Shown piece by piece: positions 28,026 to 35,348 of a stretch of 35,348 nucleotides of DNA. The stretch comes from a bacterium (GTDB taxonomy: Bacteria > Hinthialibacterota > Hinthialibacteria > Hinthialibacterales > Hinthialibacteraceae). Within the stretch, counting starts at the first letter, position 1. Each line of letters opens with the position of its first letter. The stretch lies in assembly GCA_963663405.2 (NCBI GenBank), contig CAXXSM010000052.1:1-35348 (forward strand). Reading direction: 5' to 3'. The position numbers and the translations under genes are program-made. A model generated the notes under the pieces. That model was not told the origin of the DNA. It made no database searches and saw only the letters and a program-made list of their open reading frames with translations.

Positions 28026-30899
28026 TTATTCGGACTGATTCCGATAGATCATTTTTAACAACGTAGGCAGGAAGACAACGCTCGCAAACCAGCAGATCCC
28101 CGATCCCAACGCCATCAATATTCCTAAACTCGCCAGTCCTTTATGCGAAGCGAATATTAAACTGCCGAATCCGGCGACTGTGGTCAGCGTTGTCAGAGTC
28201 AGCGTCGTTCCGGTTGTGTAAAGGCTTTTGTCCACGTCTTTGCATTCATTGAACCGGTGGACAAAGTGGACGGCGTCGTCTACGCCAATACCGATTAAAA
28301 TGGGGATTGCGAAGAAATTCGCCAAGTTGAGATGAACGTCAAGAAGGCCCATGATCTCCACAAGCCACAACACCGCCAGCGCCAGTGGGAACAATACATA
28401 GAATAAGGATTTTAGTGAGAGAAAATCCAACATCACTAAAATTGCTACGACGATGAAAGAGAGAATTCCGATCTTGATAAACGCGTCGCGCATTAAGAGA
28501 CTGGATTCATAAACTTGGATCGGCACACCTGTCACGTTAGGATCGACGGCGCGCATATCGCTGACAAATTCACGCATCCGTTCTGTATTCCATATGTTTT
28601 CCTTGGGATACGCCATCACCAGAAGCGAATTGTCTTTCCCGACAAATATTTTTTTAAACGCGGAGGGAACGCTCGAAGGAGTGGGTTTTGGTTCAGAAAG
28701 TAGTTTCGCCAGCGATCGCAGCGATGCGCGTGGCTGTTCAAATAATATGGAATTCGCATTTTGAAGACGCGCTTCCACCTCACCATGCGGGCCGCTTAAC
28801 AATCGATTCAGTTCTTTCAGTTGATCCAGCGGCGCGTCGTTCAGTTCCTCCAGTTTCTCTTCCAATTCCTTCCGCTGATTGACTAATTCCGTTGCGGAGA
28901 CGATCTCCACATCGGCGTTCTTCGCCATTTCGCTTGCATTGAGAGCCGCTGAATTGGGATATTGCTCAGCCATACCGGCGTATTCGGGGGGGATGGATTG
29001 GGGATCGATAGAGGCGCTCTCATTAATATTTGATGGGATCATGGATTCCATTTTTTTTAATTCTTCTTCCGCGTTTTTGAACTGTTCAATCCCACTTTTC
29101 AGTAATTCAATTTGCGCGAATAGAGTATCGAGCCGTTTCGTCAGATCACCATAGATCTTAGGATTGGGTAAGTAGTGATAGCGCTTGTTGATGGGGAAGG
29201 AGAAGAGCGTTTTGCTGGCGGAATCGATCAGTCCTTGCTTCGTCTTTGTCATATTCGGCAACACATCATCCAAACTATCCACATGAGCCACGGACGGGAT
29301 TTTCTTTAAGGTCTCGACGGTTTTTAGCATCTCTTCGTACGAAGGTTCCAGAAACGCGCAATACCAAGTGGAATGATCGGCTTGATCAATCAATAGGCGT
29401 TCATACGTGACGGATTCAAGCCCATCGGCCTGTAATTTGAGAAGGTTATCGTCAAAGCGGACACGAAAAGCGTATGGAAGAAGCGCAATCGTAAGAACGA
29501 GAAAACAAATCACCGTCAAACGTGGATAGCGCGACACATGGCGCAATCCCAAGAGATGAACCGGCGTGGGGATCGAATTCCCTTTTCGAAGATGGCGGTC
29601 GTATGTGACTAATAAGGCGGATAACGTGAGAAGCATCGCGACCAGGCAGAAGAGAATCCCAACGCCAGCAACATATCCGAGTTCGGCCAATCCCCGGAAA
29701 TCAGTAAGGAGCGCGAGTAAAAACGCTACTGACGACGTGAGCGCGCCAGTAATAATCCCGCTGCCGACACCCTGAAGCGCGTTCCAGATCCCACCCGCTG
29801 GATTTCGTGTTTGATCCAACTCTTCTTGATAGCGGTGCAGATAATGAATCCCAAAATCGACGCCCAACCCGATAAGTACCAAAGCGAATACCAGCGAGAG
29901 CAGATTCAAATGACCGAGAGTCAGCGCGACGAATCCATAGGTCCACCCCATCGCCGTCAAGAGCGCGATGACCGCTAAGAAAGGACGGATTAGTTCGCGG
30001 AAAAAGATCACAAACAAGAGAAGAACCGCCACGAGCGCCAACAGGCTGGCGCGCAGCATATCGTTGTTCGTCGTTCGCATTTCATCGGCCTGCAAGGCGG
30101 GGCGCCCGGTCAATCCTACCTGCACATTGGGGAAATCCTGTTGGGTCAACCAGATATCGGTGCGGATACGATTGAGAGGCTCTTCGATTACACTTAAGGT
30201 GGCGTAATCCTTGGCTGGCATTACCAGCATGATTAAAAAGCGTTTGCCGGTGGACCAGTTATATTTTTTTTCGCCCCATTTCACCTGCGCGAGTTCGTCT
30301 TCTAACTCGGAGAATGATTCAAATGAATCATCCCGCCGGTTCTGCAGCGCATCCAGCAGAATCGAAAGATCCTCTTCGATTTCCTCCGTGGCTATTTTTG
30401 TCCGGCTGGTGGAGACGCGCAGTTCATTTGTCATACGATCGAGGATTTCATCGATATGACTCACACTGTAAAGATCCCGCAGATCATCCCGATGTTGGTC
30501 CAATTCATTGTCAAGACGTTTTAAATCATCGAGGGAGGCGTAATACAGCGCGGCGTCCTTAATCCAGGCTGTATCGAAGGCATAGATCACATCGCCAACG
30601 TCCGCGCATTGTTTCAGGCGGGCCGAGAGCGCGTCAGCGAACGCGATAGTTTCCTGTTCGTTTTTGCTTTCTATGACAATGTATAAAAATTCAAGATCCC
30701 CGAATCGATCGATGAAATCGAGGTACCGGCGGTGGTAGTCCAAGCGTTCAGAGATGAGCTGATCCTGATCCGCGATCATCTCCATATGCTCGACTCCATA
30801 CCACCCCGCCAATGCGGCGGCGCTGAATGAAAGCAGAACGATCCAACGGGGATGATGGGAAACTAGAAAGTGGATACAACGAAAAAGACGAATTCTCAT
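28026..30899 (-). CDS. hpnN: MMPL/RND family transporter, hopanoid-associated HpnN-like
   Basis: Two repeats of periplasmic loop plus TM bundle; GLTGRPALQADEM, IGLGVDFGIH, IGIGVDDAVH; ATGA overlap with the hpnO stop. Confidence 0.8.
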   Translation of the reverse strand: MRIRLFRCIHFLVSHHPRWIVLLSFSAAALAGWYGVEHMEMIADQDQLISERLDYHRRYLDFIDRFGDLEFLYIVIESKNEQETIAFADALSARLKQCADVGDVIYAFDTAWIKDAALYYASLDDLKRLDNELDQHRDDLRDLYSVSHIDEILDRMTNELRVSTSRTKIATEEIEEDLSILLDALQNRRDDSFESFSELEDELAQVKWGEKKYNWSTGKRFLIMLVMPAKDYATLSVIEEPLNRIRTDIWLTQQDFPNVQVGLTGRPALQADEMRTTNNDMLRASLLALVAVLLLFVIFFRELIRPFLAVIALLTAMGWTYGFVALTLGHLNLLSLVFALVLIGLGVDFGIHYLHRYQEELDQTRNPAGGIWNALQGVGSGIITGALTSSVAFLLALLTDFRGLAELGYVAGVGILFCLVAMLLTLSALLVTYDRHLRKGNSIPTPVHLLGLRHVSRYPRLTVICFLVLTIALLPYAFRVRFDDNLLKLQADGLESVTYERLLIDQADHSTWYCAFLEPSYEEMLKTVETLKKIPSVAHVDSLDDVLPNMTKTKQGLIDSASKTLFSFPINKRYHYLPNPKIYGDLTKRLDTLFAQIELLKSGIEQFKNAEEELKKMESMIPSNINESASIDPQSIPPEYAGMAEQYPNSAALNASEMAKNADVEIVSATELVNQRKELEEKLEELNDAPLDQLKELNRLLSGPHGEVEARLQNANSILFEQPRASLRSLAKLLSEPKPTPSSVPSAFKKIFVGKDNSLLVMAYPKENIWNTERMREFVSDMRAVDPNVTGVPIQVYESSLLMRDAFIKIGILSFIVVAILVMLDFLSLKSLFYVLFPLALAVLWLVEIMGLLDVHLNLANFFAIPILIGIGVDDAVHFVHRFNECKDVDKSLYTTGTTLTLTTLTTVAGFGSLIFASHKGLASLGILMALGSGICWFASVVFLPTLLKMIYRNQSE

Positions 30900-32333
30900 T
30901 CCGCGCTGCCAGTGAGGGAGGCCGCTCCCTTTTTTGTAAATGCGTTGAAACGCTGTTTCGCCGCCGCGCCGGCCAATTGTTTGCCCACGCTCCAAACCGG
31001 GCCGGGAAACCGTTTACATTTATCCAAGACGGAATCAAAAGCGTTGATCAACCGGTCTACTTCCTCTTCCGTAATGATCAGTGGCGGCAGTAATTTAACA
31101 ATCTCTTGGTTATGTCCCGCGACCTGAGTCAAGATTTTTTGGTTTTGATAGAGCTGCATGACGACCGCCTGCGCGAAGAGACCATTCTGCGCGGCGTGCA
31201 ACAGCGCCCAGGCGGGTTTGAGCAGCAGCGAACGAGGCGGACCGAATTCCATGGCGATCATCAAGCCTTTTCCCCCGCACGTCCTTAATAAACTCATGCT
31301 TCTCCTTCAATTGAGATAAACCCCCAAGCAGCTGTTGTCCCCGTTTCGCCGCGCGCAGGGGAAGACGATCTTCTTCGATCACATCCAGCGCCGCCAATCC
31401 GGCCACCATCGCTAAGGAATTCTGCGCAAAGGTTGAGGAATGGACGACACAGCGGTCGAGACGGCTGAAGACCTTCTTGTAGATTTCTTCCGTGTAGAGA
31501 ATGGCGCCCACAGGGATGAGGCCGCCGCTAAGGGCTTTCGCGGCGGTCAGGATATCCGGTTGCAGATCCCAGTGTTCACAGGCCCACCATTTTCCCGTCC
31601 GGCCCAGACCGCATTGAATCTCATCCGCAATTAAGAGAGTTCCATGCTTCCGGCAGAGACGTTGAATCGTGGGGTACACGTTATCGTATTTCGGAAAATA
31701 GACACCCTTGCCGCGAATGGGTTCAAGAATAACGGCGGCTACGTTCTCTTGTTTCAGCGTCTCCTCAACTTCGGTCAGATCTTCCAAATTCACTTTCTTG
31801 CAACCGGGCAGCAGATCGCCGAATCCTTCCCGGAACGATTCATCGCCGTTTAACGATAGAGCGCCCGTCGTCAAACCATGAAAGGCGGATTGGTTGAAGA
31901 GAATATAGGGGCGGCCCGTCGCGGCGCGGGCGAACTTGATCGCGCCTTCAACCGATTCCGTACCGGAATTCGTAAAGAAGACGCGTTGTAATCCCTTGGG
32001 GGCTTTCGCGATCAGTTTTTCCGCCAAGAGACCGCTGAGGAGAGAACAATCCATCTGCGGCAGTGAGGGCAGTTCCATCTCCAGCGCTTGCAGGATCGCA
32101 TTACGGATCACGGGATGGTTCCGGCCCATCCCAAACACGCCGTATCCGCTGAGCGCGTCGAAGATCTCCCGGCCGTCCAGCGTCGTAAGATAACAGCCCC
32201 GGCCATGCGTGTATTCATGCGAGAATCCAATCAAATCCAACACGTTGGAGAATACGGGATTGACGTATTCCTCATGCAGCCGCCGGGCCTGACCGTTCGA
32301 AGCCGGGATCAGAGAATGTAGATCGAAGACCAT
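30896..32333 (-). CDS. hpnO: Class III PLP aminotransferase, HpnO-like (aminobacteriohopanetriol synthesis); one-base frameshift at ~31270
   Basis: LSGYGVFGMGRNHP, FFTNSGTESVEGAIK, FHGLTTGALS, DEIQCGLGRTG, AKALSGG, RCVVHSSTF. Removing one A from GGGGGAAAA joins DVRGK to GLMIAMEFGPPRSL...ILTQVAGH...KLLPPL. Confidence 0.85.
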
Positions 32334-32394
32334 AATTATATGTTCGTATTCCCATCGGGGAATGGCTTAAGCGCTCGAATAGTGCGCTTGAGGA

Positions 32395-32619
32395 TTATTC
32401 TTCTGTGATGGAGACGCCGTGTTTTTCCATGACGGCGCGCCATTCGGCTTCATCCATCTCTTCGGATTCCTCCACGAGCATGATGGGGATATCGTCTTTG
32501 ATGGGATAGCGTTTCCGGGTTTCGGAATCGGTCGAGACGATCCAATCGCCTTCCAATACCACTGGGGCTTTGGTCTGTGGACAGGCGAGAATCTCCAATA
32601 ATTTCTCACTAATCGGCAT
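32395..32619 (-). CDS. Trm112/YcaR-like small protein
   Basis: LLEILACPQTK...YPIKDDIPIMLVEE; GGAG RBS before MPISEK. Confidence 0.85.
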   Translation of the reverse strand: MPISEKLLEILACPQTKAPVVLEGDWIVSTDSETRKRYPIKDDIPIMLVEESEEMDEAEWRAVMEKHGVSITEE

Positions 32620-32695
32620 GATAGTTCTCCGCTTGGTTCTCAAGTGATAAATAAATTCTGCTTTATTATATATCCAATCCCCCGTTTATTGAATT

Positions 32696-33797
32696 TCACC
32701 GCAGCCATTCATCAAGATGCTGCGCGACGAATTCGTCATCATGGAGATGGGGATAATCGGCATAGACACGGTCGATCTCTTCCTTCTGGCCGGGGGAAAG
32801 ATCTTCGTCGGGATTGAGACACCACCGTCCCTGCATCAATCCTTGCCGGCGTAACACTTCATGAATCCCGGCGATACAGCCCGCGAACTGATTTGCAGGA
32901 TCGAAGAACGCGGCGTTGGAATCGGTGACTTGAATGGCGCGTGTTAACCATTCCTGCGGCACGGGGGATTGCGATTCTGACAGCGCGTGGGCTAGCGCGT
33001 GGGCTTCTTTTAAAAGTGTAACCGCCGATTGGGTCCAGACCGCCCAGTGACCGAGAAGCCCGCCCACGATCCGCAGTTGGACCGGCTCTCCATTCACCAT
33101 GATCTCATACGCCGTAAGAAGATCGAGAACGATATTATCGTCATTCCCCGTATACAGCGCAATCTCCCCCGCGCGGCCCGCTTCCGCCACGGCGCGCACG
33201 ACATCGAAGGTCTGATAGCGGTTGAAGGGAGCCATCTTAATCGCGGTCACATTGGGGATTTCACAGAATTGACGCCAGAATTCATAGCGCAGAATCCGTC
33301 CACCCACCGACGGTTGGAGATAGAATCCCATCAAAGGGATCACCTCGGCCACGGCGCGGGAATGCGCGAGCAGTTCTTCATCCGGCGCCTTCGAAAGCGC
33401 TCCCAAGCTCAGCATTCCGATTTGATATCCCAATTCCCGCGCCAGTTCCGCTTCGGCGACAGCTTGCTGTGTTGGGCCGCAGATCCCAGCGATGCGCACG
33501 ATGGACGAATCGGGCGTTTTCTGTTCAAACTCAGAGATCGTCTCCGCCGCCAATCGTCTCAGCACGCCAATTCCAGCACTGCAGACCCACTTCCGGCTGA
33601 CGGATCTCAAACTGGGTCGTATGCACCCCCACCGCCAATCCACCCGCTCCTGCGGCGAGGTAATACCGGCTCAAAGCCCGCTGATACCGCTCATCCAGTT
33701 TCCGCTCCGCCGTCAAAGCCAATGGATGCGCGGGAATCACAAGCCCCCCCCGCAACACCCGCTCGATCGATTTCTCTAAAGAAGGATACTCAACCAT
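32696..33797 (-). CDS. Dihydrodipicolinate synthase-like (DapA/class I aldolase) family protein; frameshifted near 33580
   Basis: N-terminal VIPAHPLALT...GGLAVGVHTTQFEIR (33531..33797) continues in ORF 32696..33643 with IAGICG, GFYLQPSVGG, AIKMAPFNRY, LYTGNDD, GGLLGHW. Confidence 0.85.
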
Positions 33798-34024
33798 AAC
33801 AATCCGCTCCTGTTTTCCTTCCAGTGTATCCGAAGGACGGGTTTGGAGAAAGAAGGAATGGGGGTGTTTCGGCGTGGATTTTTGATTTTAGGAGATAATG
33901 ATTTTGATGTGACATTTGTTGATTGTTGGTAATGATGTGATAGTATTGAAAAACTATTGTTATAGAAAGAGAGACGTGTACTATATAATATAAAATAGGG
34001 ATGTCGTTCAATTCCAAAAAATAG

Positions 34025-34237
34025 GTGAGTCAGAAAATGGACGCTCAGAAAAAGCCGCTGTTTATTCAGGGAATCGAAAATCCAGAAACCATAGATGAGG
34101 ACGCATCTAAGGAAGATTTTTTATCTAATCCAGAAAAAAAATCAGTTACGAAAATATTTAAGTTTAAAACTAATGAATTGCGGAAATTGAAACCTACGAT
34201 AACATCACTTCGTCCATCCGTGGAGATAGACGATTGA
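34025..34237 (+). CDS. Small hypothetical protein
   Basis: 70-aa ORF filling the gap between minus-strand genes, with a TATAAT upstream; no recognisable motif. Confidence 0.35.
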   Translation: MSQKMDAQKKPLFIQGIENPETIDEDASKEDFLSNPEKKSVTKIFKFKTNELRKLKPTITSLRPSVEIDD

Positions 34238-34251
34238 TCTTTACACGTTTC

Positions 34252-34284
34252 TTAATGCAGAAACCAATCTGATACTGCTGTTTC
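34252..34284 (-). other. C-terminal tail motif copy 4: ETAVSDWFLH*
   Basis: Translated C-terminus. Confidence 0.7.
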
Positions 34285-35348
34285 ACATTCATTCTGTGGT
34301 TCGTACGCAAAACCTTTTCCATATTCAGAGGATTTTCCAATTCGATTTTCAAGAATTTGGATTTCATTTAGAGCCGTTTCTGGATCAATGCATCCAATGA
34401 AATTATCTCGAACATCTACCCAATCTCCGTATCCTAGACTCTCATTGGCTACAAAACTTGAAAGACTGGTTAGTTGATTTCCACTACAATCAAGACGCCG
34501 CATAGATTGATTTTTTGAGATATCTAGACTTTTTAGATCATTGCCGGAGCAGACGAGATTAATTAGTGCAAGATTATGGGAGATATTCAGGCTAGTTAAA
34601 TCATTGCCGGAACAGTCGAGATCTCTTAATACGAGATTGTGTGAGATATCCAAGCTGGTTAATTGATTAAGTTGACAGTTAATATATTTCAATAAGGGAT
34701 TATGCGAGACATCAAGGCGAGTTATTTGATTCCAATGGCAGGCAAGATAAGTTAAGGCATCAGCGCCTTTAACATTTAGAGTGTTTAATTCTATCGCTTG
34801 ACATGTGAGGTGAGTCAACACGGTATTATTAGAGACATCGAGGCGGGAAATTAAATTTCTACTGCAAAGAAGTTTTATCAAAACTGCGTTATTGGAAACA
34901 TCCAGGCTTTGCAATTGATTGACATTGCAAATTAGACATTCCAAAGCGGTATTCTTGGAGACATCCAAATTCTTTATATAATTGTAACTACAATCAAGTT
35001 CGATCAAAGCAGGATTGTTGGAAACATCCAAACTGGTTAATGAATTAAAACTACAATCGAGAGTGGTCAATGCGGAGAAAAATTCAATCCCAGTCATATC
35101 TTGAATACCAAGTACATAGCATTCTGGTTTGGGATTCCAACCCCCACAAAAAATTGTTAGGGCTATACTATTGTGCGAACAATCCAACGTTCCATCTTTA
35201 ATCGCCGCTTCCGCCGCAGTAAATTCTCCATCAGGTTCCACACCCATGAATGCTTCAACCGCTTTTCTGAATATTGGATCGGGGAAATTTTCTGGTGTGT
35301 TGATGTTTTGAGTGAATGCGGTAATGGGAATGAAAACGAATAGAAATG
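34252..35348 (-). CDS. Exported leucine-rich repeat protein with a W-containing C-terminal tail; 5' end off the window
   Basis: 21-residue repeats LxxLDVSxNxxLxxLxCxxNx. The frame stays open to the window edge and reads FLFVFIPITAFTQNINTPENFPDPIFRKAV (signal-like, then an LRR N-cap). Confidence 0.9.
   Translation of the reverse strand, partial: FLFVFIPITAFTQNINTPENFPDPIFRKAVEAFMGVEPDGEFTAAEAAIKDGTLDCSHNSIALTIFCGGWNPKPECYVLGIQDMTGIEFFSALTTLDCSFNSLTSLDVSNNPALIELDCSYNYIKNLDVSKNTALECLICNVNQLQSLDVSNNAVLIKLLCSRNLISRLDVSNNTVLTHLTCQAIELNTLNVKGADALTYLACHWNQITRLDVSHNPLLKYINCQLNQLTSLDISHNLVLRDLDCSGNDLTSLNISHNLALINLVCSGNDLKSLDISKNQSMRRLDCSGNQLTSLSSFVANESLGYGDWVDVRDNFIGCIDPETALNEIQILENRIGKSSEYGKGFAYEPQNECETAVSDWFLH

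Noticed and set aside
31262-31280. GGGGGAAAA in hpnO as a programmed frameshift site
   Set aside because: HpnO homologues are continuous proteins, a single extra A explains the break, and many similar indels occur in the window.
34480-35080. 63-bp periodic DNA similarity
   Set aside because: Fully explained by the 21-aa leucine-rich repeats of the coding sequence.

Overview
A 35.3-kb, mostly housekeeping/accessory bacterial chromosome segment with no rRNA, CRISPR array, transposase or prophage. Contents in order: nadC (runs off the left edge), a TlpA-like thioredoxin, a large TPR + FG-GAP + ASPIC/UnbV protein, an AT-rich hypothetical, adenosine deaminase, a WecD-like GNAT, an HNH nuclease, tRNA-Arg(CCG), an exported Tyr/lipid phosphatase, ogt, an M1 aminopeptidase with HEAT repeats, a GT39/ArnT-like glycosyltransferase, a lone sucC, two tandem acidic exported paralogues, a Tat-exported GH116, an AT-rich ABC-ATPase + PD-(D/E)xK-like gene pair, a small gene with a sigma54 promoter, an orphan integrase-SAM-like protein, DUF6807 + Gfo/Idh/MocA, hopanoid genes hpnN/hpnO, a Trm112-like protein, a DapA-like aldolase and an LRR protein (runs off the right edge). 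Six genes are broken by small indels, several in homopolymer runs, which suggests long-read assembly error rather than decay. Main signal: four exported proteins from three unrelated families end in the same short, non-membrane tail ([VA]-x-[DN]-W-x-[LI]-[HYQ]), a candidate C-terminal sorting signal for an uncharacterised secretion or surface-anchoring system. Secondary signals: a candidate two-gene defence module, two long palindromic REP/MITE-like elements with short periodic GGAT units, a duplicated promoter, and a triple-motif operator/switch. From recollection only (not checked), such tails suggest a candidate-phylum organism such as Hinthialibacterota/OLB16 or Sumerlaeota.
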